From positions 1 through 26,733 of the forward strand of contig CAZEOW010000003.1 in NCBI GenBank assembly GCA_964514005.1: DNA of 26,733 bases, given 5' to 3'. A model generated the notes under the pieces. It did no database searches. It saw only the letters and a list, made by a program, of their open reading frames with translations, and was not told the DNA's origin. The stretch is from an uncultured Nautiliales bacterium (lineage in GTDB: Bacteria; Campylobacterota; Campylobacteria; Campylobacterales; Nautiliaceae). The first letter of the stretch is position 1; each line of letters starts with the position of its first letter. Both the position numbers and the translations under genes were made by a program. This document shows, piece by piece, positions 8,501 through 15,473 of the stretch.

Positions 8501-8828
8501 GTAAAAGCTTTTTATATTTTCCTTTTTCGTAAAAGTAAGAGACTGTATTATTTGGATTTTTGATTAAATATTTTTTATAAATAAAAAAAGATTCTATTTG
8601 TCTTTTTAATTTTTTTGCTATTTTATTTTTTTTATCTATTTTTAAAACTTTTTCTATATATTTTTTAGCTTCTTTATAATTTCCTTTTTGAATATAATAT
8701 TTTGCTAATAAAAGGCGGTTTTTTGTATCGTATTTGTGAGTTTTTACATATTGGATTAAACCTTTTACATCAATATTTAAAGCAAAAAGAGGAATAAAAA
8801 ATAAAAGCAGCAATACTCTTATTTGCAT
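5559..8828 (-). CDS. Outer-membrane polysaccharide export protein: signal peptide, TPR scaffold, NTF2-like domain, K/P-rich linker, C-terminal beta-barrel (PgaA/BcsC/PelB functional class)
   Basis: MQIRVLLLLFFIPLFA signal (ATG 8828 preferred over 8846); many TPRs with recurrent LA..L.W.G; about 250 C-terminal residues of alternating aromatic strands including CYYSP, ending in Trp. Confidence 0.78.
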   Translation of the reverse strand: MQIRVLLLLFFIPLFALNIDVKGLIQYVKTHKYDTKNRLLLAKYYIQKGNYKEAKKYIEKVLKIDKKNKIAKKLKRQIESFFIYKKYLIKNPNNTVSYFYEKGKYKKLLQFFYALNAIKKIDSLTDDSKIKIARVLMWEGKYKDSLFVLSKIKNKKSIDYFEIKAYNLYYLGKYKEAKNYFKLLYYSSFKLDYAKKLIEIYYYLGEYNKAEKLLKQITKYDKKFTQKYSKKIEEAKKRVIKNLEEAYKKDPSYKNLEALAFALFQQNHKKAVLLVQDFINKNPHNDNAKILLAKLLSWSGNNKEALEYLKKLQHTNNPKVKLLLGKILAWEGKYYQATIYLSDVLEHGNKKEKYEAYKMLAYIQMWQGNKKKAKSMFKKVLKENPFDEDAKESLMILNKNIAPLIKKYKKLLKKDPANEEYLLKLADFYYMIKNYQQSAYYYERYLKLHPENAQIYKTLGDIYLELKNYYKGFGNWEYYANYKNTKEAYLELAKRYYWNGFNKEALRVLNQLLNKYPNYKKAAILKAKILKISPNFVTSSTAATIDEYFNNRSKKLLILGDRAYFSNNYATAADYYKMYLSYNPDDYDVHEKYAYTLEYSKQYAKAAGEFYLLMWYKKTPTIEYNYAYSLQKSGKIEEAKKIYKKLLSQMPKPLPNSLKEFLNNWKKAWESMNFREYSKFYGKNYTNNLGWVLRKQALFKNSYFISVGIYDPILLEKRKNVYIVKFYQVFASKRKKDKGYKTLYIKCEKKCKIIRESWEKGKYVPFKKENSLKKYILENLKAIEAKKSKSKKVVSHKNIIKKPLIKKITIKKPPKKIIKPIKTTPKKTQPKKSIVVIKTLKNYFLNFKLNYFKDNQKTDMTTYYLTAGKNIFGLIRGYNLTQNNQNHKSYYYGIGYKNKNFLIDIFYDIEKMVGWDIEYFNKYTFRINKHNLAYSRKSICSIKYNRIKAEISYFNQISPIRDLWYSLAYEYVNNKNNVFTPQFYYDFYESFPFTMFAEGWYQFNSKNSCYYSPKKTDSNFIGIKYQKNYLTLKGAIGYSFFDSKNLYKISAFYKNKIFKTGCSFSNSSNTTNTNDYESIECLLEILKVW

Positions 8829-10120
8829 ATTTTTGTCTCTTCCCATTCAAATGCTTCTATAATATCCGCTTTTGATATATACAATTTTTCAAAAATTGGT
8901 TTTAAATTCCCTTTTCTTACATTAATTAAAACTACATAATAAAATTTTCCATCAAAATATATAATATCTTTATTTCTTAATTTATCGGCTATTTTTTCTA
9001 AATTAAGTTCAGATGTAAATTTAATTAAAGTAAATACAATTCTTTCTAAATATAATGAATTAATAATTTTGCAAAAATTTTCTAATGAATTTGCAATTTT
9101 ATTTTTAGGAAATTTATTTAATAAAGATGTATAAAAGTGAAACTTTATAAGTTTTTCGACTTCTAAAATGTATTCTCCTATTAAAAATTTATTTGGTAAT
9201 ATATCTTCGCATCCTTCTTTAATTGCAAGCATTTTATCTTCTACTCTTACATACTCTTTATTTACTATATATAAAATCTTTGAATCTATTTTTTCTTTCA
9301 TTTTACATATACTTATATCTAATCTATCTGAATTATAAATGACAATATGAGGATTTTCTAAAATTTTTGAAATTACATCCGAAGTGTTTGTAGCAATTTT
9401 TAATTCAAACATAGGTTTATCAAAAATATACCTGTTTAAATTGAGTAGATTTTTGTCTTGCGATACTATTAAAATTTTCTTTTTATTGATAGAGACTTTT
9501 TTTTCTTTTGAATCTGAAAGGTTTAATCTCTCTCCATTGTATAAAAATTGACACTCTTCATATCTTATAGGAAAAATAGAGTGTTTAATAGATAATATTC
9601 TTTGAGATGTTCTTTTTACTATTAAATTTAAATCACTAAAATTTTCCATTATTTCTATACAGGAAGTATTGTCTTTATTGGGAACTGCTGTTATCCATAG
9701 TTTTATTTTTCCTTTTATTTCTATTAATTCTTCCATAAAAGGTTTAACTTCTTCTATATCCGAAATTGAAAATAAAAGGTCAATTCTTTGAAAGATTAAA
9801 ATATCAGGATTAAAAGTTTTAATTATTCTTTTTAGATCTTCTAACAAAAACTTATATCCAAATTGAATTTTAAAGTCTTCCCAATTCTCTTTTAAATTTA
9901 AATATTCTAATTTTTTAATAGTTTGTTGCAGTTTTTCATCTTTTATAAAAGAAATTGCTTTTAATCTTTTTTCAAAAATTTGTTTAGGATAAGCGGATAA
10001 AATTAAAACTTTTGCTTTTTGTCTTGAAATTTCAAATAAACTAAAAGTTAATTTTCCAACTTTTTTACTCCCTTCTATTAAAATTATATCAGATTGTTGT
10101 AATGCATCATGTATTGTCAT
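8819..10120 (-). CDS. BcsE-like protein: degenerate RecA/KaiC-like domain, degenerate receiver, degenerate GGDEF with intact I-site
   Basis: GSKKVGKLT (Walker A-like, aa 17-25); KKILIVSQD...PHIVIYN receiver lacking the phospho-Asp; RVED (292-295); LRNKDIIYFDGKFYYVVL (RxxD 382-385, GGDEF lost). AAGGA SD. Confidence 0.7.
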   Translation of the reverse strand: MTIHDALQQSDIILIEGSKKVGKLTFSLFEISRQKAKVLILSAYPKQIFEKRLKAISFIKDEKLQQTIKKLEYLNLKENWEDFKIQFGYKFLLEDLKRIIKTFNPDILIFQRIDLLFSISDIEEVKPFMEELIEIKGKIKLWITAVPNKDNTSCIEIMENFSDLNLIVKRTSQRILSIKHSIFPIRYEECQFLYNGERLNLSDSKEKKVSINKKKILIVSQDKNLLNLNRYIFDKPMFELKIATNTSDVISKILENPHIVIYNSDRLDISICKMKEKIDSKILYIVNKEYVRVEDKMLAIKEGCEDILPNKFLIGEYILEVEKLIKFHFYTSLLNKFPKNKIANSLENFCKIINSLYLERIVFTLIKFTSELNLEKIADKLRNKDIIYFDGKFYYVVLINVRKGNLKPIFEKLYISKADIIEAFEWEETKICK

Positions 10121-11957
10121 TTAATTCCTTTAATTGATTCTCAAATACCTTTACAAGAGGCGATTTTTCATATTTTAATACTTTTATTATCAATATAATA
10201 GCCTCTTTATTGTAAGGGTCTTTTTCTAAAACTTTATAAAGGTATTTTTTTGCCTTTTTATACTCTTTTAAGTAAAAATAGTCTTTTGCTATTACAAGAT
10301 AACTTTCGCTATTTTTTAAAATATCTAAACTTTTTTTAAATTTTTTTAAATTAAATAAGATTTCTCCTAAAACAGATTTAGTCTCTTTATTAGGATTTAA
10401 GTTATATGCTATATTGGCAAAATTTAAAGCCTCTTTTGGAGAAGATAATTTAGCTTTTAATAAATAAGGTTTATAAGAAGCTTTATTTATTGTTTCTAAA
10501 CTTTTTTCTATATATGTTTTTGCAAGAGGCAGATTTTTTTCTTTATAAGCTTTTAGGGCTTTTTTGTAATTTGTTAAAGAGAGATATTTTATAGTTTTTG
10601 GTTTTGAAAACAAATTGTTTTTTATTGCTTGAATTTTAATATACCACCATCCATCGTTAAGCTCGCTTAAAGAAAAATATTTTTTAGAAGTTTTATATCT
10701 TAAAATAGGAGTTTTTATAAATTTTTTATCTCTACTGATAGTAATTACAAACTTTTTATAAGGACTTGTCCATTTTAATATATTTTCTATTTTTAACTCT
10801 TTAACAGGAAGAGGAAGTATTGTTTTAATAATCTCTCCATTCTTTGTATAAAAACCTTCATTTTCTTTTATTTTAATTTTATCTGTTGTAATTGCCCCGC
10901 TATACACACTTGTAGCTAATGTTTTTTCGTTTTTTATTACTTCAAAATCTGTTCCGTAATTTTTTATTTTATTATTTTCTGCTATTATTTCTACTTTGTT
11001 GTTATTAGTAATAAATTCAGCATCAGCTTTTTTTATAATAATCTTATTTTTAAAATTTGTTGAAAATAAATTTTTATAAGCTCTTATTTCTAACTTATCA
11101 TTTTTATAAGTCTTTATTATTACATTGTTTTCAAGTTTGTATATTTTCATATTATTTGAACTGCCAATATCTATTTTTTGGGGAAAAAGACAGTAAAAAT
11201 AATCTATTGAAAACAATAGAACAATCGTAACAGTTGATAAAGCAGCGGCAAGTCTTTTTATTCTTATAATTTTTGCTGTTTTTGGAAGATATATAAAAAA
11301 ACTTGTTCCTTCTTTCTCTTTACTCTCTACAGCAATTGAACCTCCTAATTTTTCTATTACCACTTTAGTTAAATTAAGTCCAATTCCACTCCCTTCTTTT
11401 TTATCAGTTGTATAATATTTTTTAAATATTTTTGTTATTTCTTCTTTGCTAATTCCTTCTCCCGTATCTTTTATAGAAATTAAATAACCGCTTTTTTCTT
11501 TTTCTACTTTTATAAAAACAACACCTTTGTATTTATTATATTTTATAGCATTATGCAAGAGATTAAAAAAAGCCTTTTTTAACCACTCTTTATTAGCAGT
11601 AATAGGAAGCTTTTCGTGTTTAAAAACTATTTCTATCTCTTTTCTTTCAATATCGCTTTTTAACTCTTCTAAAATCTCCCATATTAACTCATTTAAATTA
11701 AATCTATGATTTTTTAATTTACTTCTTTTATATCTTTCAACTTCAATAAAATCTTTTAACATCTCAATAACTATATTAAGATTGGTTTTTATATTTCTTA
11801 AAAGTTCTTCTTTTTTCTCTTTTGGAATCTTTTTTTCTAAAATGGAAACTGAAAATTTAATACTTGCAAGTTTATTTTTTATATCGTGATAAAAAACATG
11901 TGCAAAAGGTGTTTTTTTTTTAACATTATTCTCCCCCTTTTCTAAAAATATATCCAA
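10107..11957 (-). CDS. Histidine kinase with inverted architecture: HisKA-HATPase, TM, FecR-like, FN3-like, TPR
   Basis: H-box YHDIKNKL, N-box NLLHNAIKY, G1 KDTGEG, G2 GSGIGL; TM aa 236-258; YGTDFEV...SVYSG (FecR-like); GWWYIKIQAI (FN3-like). The track start 11957 is a weak TTG; a stronger ATG at 11926 is out of frame. Confidence 0.85.
   Translation of the reverse strand: MDIFLEKGENNVKKKTPFAHVFYHDIKNKLASIKFSVSILEKKIPKEKKEELLRNIKTNLNIVIEMLKDFIEVERYKRSKLKNHRFNLNELIWEILEELKSDIERKEIEIVFKHEKLPITANKEWLKKAFFNLLHNAIKYNKYKGVVFIKVEKEKSGYLISIKDTGEGISKEEITKIFKKYYTTDKKEGSGIGLNLTKVVIEKLGGSIAVESKEKEGTSFFIYLPKTAKIIRIKRLAAALSTVTIVLLFSIDYFYCLFPQKIDIGSSNNMKIYKLENNVIIKTYKNDKLEIRAYKNLFSTNFKNKIIIKKADAEFITNNNKVEIIAENNKIKNYGTDFEVIKNEKTLATSVYSGAITTDKIKIKENEGFYTKNGEIIKTILPLPVKELKIENILKWTSPYKKFVITISRDKKFIKTPILRYKTSKKYFSLSELNDGWWYIKIQAIKNNLFSKPKTIKYLSLTNYKKALKAYKEKNLPLAKTYIEKSLETINKASYKPYLLKAKLSSPKEALNFANIAYNLNPNKETKSVLGEILFNLKKFKKSLDILKNSESYLVIAKDYFYLKEYKKAKKYLYKVLEKDPYNKEAIILIIKVLKYEKSPLVKVFENQLKELNDNT
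11912..11921 (-). repeat. A10 homopolymer in the first codons of the histidine kinase
   Basis: Ten T on the plus strand. Minus strand reads GGGGGAGAATA-ATG-TT-A10-CACC. It is the longest run I noticed in the window. Confidence 0.9.
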
Positions 11958-12582
11958 GCTCTCTTTTATTTATAATTAAATCTTTTTTTCCAAGTTTTTC
12001 TCTTAATCTTTTTACCAAAACATTTAAAGTATTTTTTGGAACATATTCTTGCCATATGTGAGATATGATAAAATCAGAACTTAAAATCTTTCCTTCATTA
12101 TTTAAAAATAATTCCAATAAATCACTTTCTCTTCTTGTAAGATTGATTACTTTTGCTTTTTTTATTAAAAGTTTTTCTTCATAGTTATACTTAATATCAT
12201 CGTCTATATAAATAATTTTTTTAGGTTTAAAAATTTTATTAATTCTCAAAATTATTTCTTCATAATCAAACGGTTTTTTTATAAAATCTTCTGCACCAAG
12301 CTCAAAGGCTTTTTTTATATTTTCTATTTCAGTATGACTTGACATAATAATAATTTTGTATCTTTCAAAGATTTGAAAATGTTTTTTCATCTCTTCTAAA
12401 AAATTCCCATCAGGTAAAGTTATATCAGCCAAAATCAAATCAGGATCTATTTTTTCAAAGTTTTGTAAAAACTCTTTAAGGGTATAATATGAATATATTC
12501 TAAACTCTTCTGCTTCAAGAATTAAACTTATAGCATAATTTAAATCTTTTTCGTCTTCTAGGATAACTATCTTCAACTTCAC
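11926..12582 (-). CDS. OmpR/PhoB-family response regulator
   Basis: ILEDE acidic pocket, DLILADITLPDG phospho-Asp, KKPF, winged-helix LTRRE...LNVLVKRLREKL...GY. GTG start at 12582 or TTG at 12576. Confidence 0.93.
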   Translation of the reverse strand: MKLKIVILEDEKDLNYAISLILEAEEFRIYSYYTLKEFLQNFEKIDPDLILADITLPDGNFLEEMKKHFQIFERYKIIIMSSHTEIENIKKAFELGAEDFIKKPFDYEEIILRINKIFKPKKIIYIDDDIKYNYEEKLLIKKAKVINLTRRESDLLELFLNNEGKILSSDFIISHIWQEYVPKNTLNVLVKRLREKLGKKDLIINKRELGYIFRKGGE

Positions 12583-12589
12583 CCCCCCC
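12582..12589 (-). repeat. G8 homopolymer forming the ribosome-binding region of the response regulator
   Basis: Eight C on the plus strand between the rsmE stop (12591) and the regulator start. It is the longest G/C run seen in this AT-rich window. Confidence 0.85.
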
Positions 12590-12590
12590 T

Positions 12591-13247
12591 TTATAATAAA
12601 ACTTTTGCACTAACTGAAAATGCGGCTGTTTCGCTTTTTAATATAAATCCATCAAGAGACACTTTTTGTTTAAACATTTCTTTTTCTTTTTTACTAAATC
12701 CACCTTCAGGTCCTATTATAAAAGGCAGATTATAGCTTTTACACTCTATTTTTGGTGCATTAAAATCTAATGCTATAAAATTTTTGTATTTTTTAATAAA
12801 CTCTTCTAACGAATCTAAAATCTCTATTTCTAACTTATTGCTTCTTCCACACTGCTGAGAAGAGTTGATTATAATTTTATCTAATCTTTCTTGTTTTAAC
12901 CTAAAATTTCTTTGAGAATATTCACAATAAAAAAAACTTATTTTACTTACGCCTATTTCATTTAGACTTGGAAGAGTCTTTTCTATATTTTTTGGTTCTA
13001 TTATACACCATCCTAAATGGAAAAATTTTAATGGTTTGTTAGGCTTTAAAATTTTTTCTTCTAAGGTTAAATATGCCTCTTTTTTATTAATCTCCTCTAT
13101 TTTATAGATATATAAATAATCGTCTTTTAAATTTCTGATTTTTACTTTTTCATTTTTTTTTATTCTTCTTACCTTAAATAAATACTTATGATTTTCTCCT
13201 TTTATAATTATATTATTTATAGGATTAGGCTCATATAAAAATTGCAT
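12591..13247 (-). CDS. rsmE: 16S rRNA m3U1498 methyltransferase RsmE
   Basis: H...VRRIK N-terminus, QQCGRS, IIGPEGGFS and ILKSETA SPOUT motifs. Confidence 0.93.
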   Translation of the reverse strand: MQFLYEPNPINNIIIKGENHKYLFKVRRIKKNEKVKIRNLKDDYLYIYKIEEINKKEAYLTLEEKILKPNKPLKFFHLGWCIIEPKNIEKTLPSLNEIGVSKISFFYCEYSQRNFRLKQERLDKIIINSSQQCGRSNKLEIEILDSLEEFIKKYKNFIALDFNAPKIECKSYNLPFIIGPEGGFSKKEKEMFKQKVSLDGFILKSETAAFSVSAKVLL

Positions 13248-13298
13248 ATTTGACCTTTTTTGATTAAAATTATATAAAAATTTTAAGGAGAGAGGGTT
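13248..13298. promoter_or_regulatory. Compact divergent promoter region (rsmE operon / AAA ATPase)
   Basis: 51-nt gap; minus-strand TATAAT at 13269-13274 overlaps plus-strand TAAAAT at 13265-13270; SD-like motifs precede both starts. Confidence 0.45.
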
Positions 13299-15008
13299 TT
13301 GAAGAGTATTATAGATTTTTTAGAAGACCCTAAAAAGACAAAAATTTACGAAGTATTAAATGTAAGTGATGAAGAATTGGTTATTTTGCAAAGGATGGTG
13401 GAAAGTTATTTAGATGAAATTGAAGATGTAAAAGTAAGGTCATTGCTCTCTTTTATTTTTGGAGAAGAGAAAATAGAACTTTTAAAAAAAGTTAAATATA
13501 TTAAAAATCTTATAGATGAAGGTTGGCTTGTTTTAAGTGTTTTTGGAGATGTAAAAAGCCATAATGTTACATCTCTTGAACTTTTTAATTCATCTGTTTC
13601 TCTCTCTGTTACTTTTTTAAAACTTTTAGAAGAGGGAAATCTGGATATTATAGTGCCTGAAAAAACACCTTATGAAGAACATTTAGAATATCTGCACGAT
13701 GAATTTTTAAGAATAGAGATTTATGAACAGATAGCTAACTTTTATCACAATAATTCTAATCATAAAGAAACAGCCAATATAAAAAGACTTCAAAGTAAAT
13801 TAAAACTAATAGAAAACACTATAAAAGACAGAATTAAACTTACTCTTATAGATTTGCCTGTTAGAAATTTTATTATAGAAAAGGAATTGAGTGAAGAAGA
13901 AGAGATTTTATTTTTAGCTCTTTTAAAAGAAGAATTTATTGGAAATAATGAAAAAATAAGAGACCTAAACTATCTTTTAAACCTTATTAGTCATGATGAA
14001 ATAGAGAGAATTAAAAACAGAACCCTCTTAGATGATAACTCCAAACTTATTAGTGAAGGTATTTTTGATTACGATGAAGTTTTTGGAATGTTAGGAAATG
14101 GATATACAAAAATATTTATGTTAAATGAAGAAATTTTAAATGAGTTTGCCCATCCAAGAATAAAGAAAAAAACAGAATCTATTGTAAAAGAGACTATTTT
14201 TGAAATAATTGAACCAGAACAAGGATTAGATGAAATAGTTTTACCTAAAAAAACAAGGGATATGCTTGATATTTTATTAAAACAGATAGATAAAAGAGTT
14301 TTAAAACTTTTAAAAGAGTGGGGTATTAAGAAAAGCTCTGATGTAGAAGCCAAAATTATATTTTATGGAGCTCCCGGAACCGGTAAAACTATTACAGCAT
14401 ATGCAATAGCAAAAGAGCTTAAAAAACCTATTTTAAGTTTAGACTCAAGTAAAATACTCTCTATGTATGTTGGTGAGAGTGAAAAAAATGTGAGAAAAAT
14501 GTTTGATGATTACTATCATATCAGTGAAAAATTAAAAACAAAACCAATTTTACTTTTAAATGAGGCTGATCAATTTTTTAGCGTAAGAACAACAGGGGCA
14601 ATTAGTAGTGCTGATAAAATGCATAATCAAATGCAAAATATTTTCCTTGAACAACTTGAAAAGTTTGATGGAGTTTTAATAGCTACTACTAATTTACTCG
14701 AAAATATAGATGCGGCATTTTCAAGAAGATTTGAATATAAAATAGAGTTTACAAAACCAAATTATAAAGATAGGAAAAAAATATGGGAGATAAAATTGCC
14801 TAAAAATGCCCCTTATGAAGAAAATTTTGATGTTTCTAAATTAGCAAAATATGACTTAACAGGAGCACAGATAGAAGTAATCATAAAAAATACAGCCTAT
14901 AAAGTAGCACGAAGAAAAAAACCGCTTTTTAAAGTAGAAGATTTTATAGAAGAGATTAAAAAAGAAAAAGAAAACTCTTTTGACGCTGAAAAAGAAGTAG
15001 GTTTTTAA
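13299..15008 (+). CDS. AAA-family ATPase (Campylobacterota Cj0377-like)
   Basis: FYGAPGTGKT Walker A, LLLNEAD Walker B variant, TTNL sensor, AFSRRF arginine finger. TTG start after AGGAGAGAGG. Confidence 0.9.
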   Translation: MKSIIDFLEDPKKTKIYEVLNVSDEELVILQRMVESYLDEIEDVKVRSLLSFIFGEEKIELLKKVKYIKNLIDEGWLVLSVFGDVKSHNVTSLELFNSSVSLSVTFLKLLEEGNLDIIVPEKTPYEEHLEYLHDEFLRIEIYEQIANFYHNNSNHKETANIKRLQSKLKLIENTIKDRIKLTLIDLPVRNFIIEKELSEEEEILFLALLKEEFIGNNEKIRDLNYLLNLISHDEIERIKNRTLLDDNSKLISEGIFDYDEVFGMLGNGYTKIFMLNEEILNEFAHPRIKKKTESIVKETIFEIIEPEQGLDEIVLPKKTRDMLDILLKQIDKRVLKLLKEWGIKKSSDVEAKIIFYGAPGTGKTITAYAIAKELKKPILSLDSSKILSMYVGESEKNVRKMFDDYYHISEKLKTKPILLLNEADQFFSVRTTGAISSADKMHNQMQNIFLEQLEKFDGVLIATTNLLENIDAAFSRRFEYKIEFTKPNYKDRKKIWEIKLPKNAPYEENFDVSKLAKYDLTGAQIEVIIKNTAYKVARRKKPLFKVEDFIEEIKKEKENSFDAEKEVGF

Positions 15009-15134
15009 TTATTACAAAATGTAACAGAATTAATCAAAAGTTAATAGAAGATTTGAGATATTTATAATTTTAATTTATAATTTGTTAAATTAATGTAGTA
15101 TATTTATGGTAAGATACAAAAAAAAGGAGAATGA
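15009..15134 (+). promoter_or_regulatory. Probable promoter region of the complex I-like operon
   Basis: 126-nt gap with TATAAT at 15063-15068 and 15076-15081 and an AGGAG SD before ATG 15135. The exact promoter cannot be resolved. Confidence 0.35.
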
Positions 15135-15473
15135 ATGGGAACAGTCTTAATTTATGCAGCTGGTATTTTAGCTGGAATTTTTTTGCTTTATTTAATTGGT
15201 ATTAGTGTAGCCCCTTTTAATCCAAGTGATATTAAAAATGATCACTTTGAGTGTGGGCTTCCACCAAGTTCTGAAGTTCCTATGAAAGCGAACTTTGGAT
15301 ATTTTATTTTTGCAATTGCTTTTATTGTTTTTGATATGGCAGGGTTGTTTTTTAGTCTATTTGTATTTGCTGATAGTAAAGAGGCTTTAAATTGGGCAAT
15401 GGTATTTGGGATACTTTTATTTGCCGCTATTACTATTTCGATGAAGGAGTATAGAAATGCTAAAGATTCTTGA
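15135..15473 (+). CDS. nuoA: Complex I-like subunit A
   Basis: Three TMs, HFECG loop, FIVFD motif. Confidence 0.88.
   Translation: MGTVLIYAAGILAGIFLLYLIGISVAPFNPSDIKNDHFECGLPPSSEVPMKANFGYFIFAIAFIVFDMAGLFFSLFVFADSKEALNWAMVFGILLFAAITISMKEYRNAKDS

Noticed and set aside
8819-9100. Active diguanylate cyclase
   Set aside because: The GG(D/E)EF signature is absent; only the RxxD site remains.
11527-11709. 60-aa plus-strand ORF
   Set aside because: Antisense to the kinase catalytic domain.
1-13247. Genomic island suggested by higher AT content than the nuo-like operon
   Set aside because: pflA looks similarly AT-rich by eye; no integrase, IS, tRNA or flanking repeats; the difference can be explained by amino-acid composition.
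14069-14353. 94-aa minus-strand ORF
   Set aside because: Antisense within the AAA ATPase.
15012-15024. Inverted repeat TTACA-N3-TGTAA as an operator
   Set aside because: 5-bp arms in very AT-rich DNA are expected by chance, and no regulator can be assigned.
15009-15134. Rho-independent terminator after the AAA ATPase
   Set aside because: No GC-rich hairpin followed by a U tract was found.
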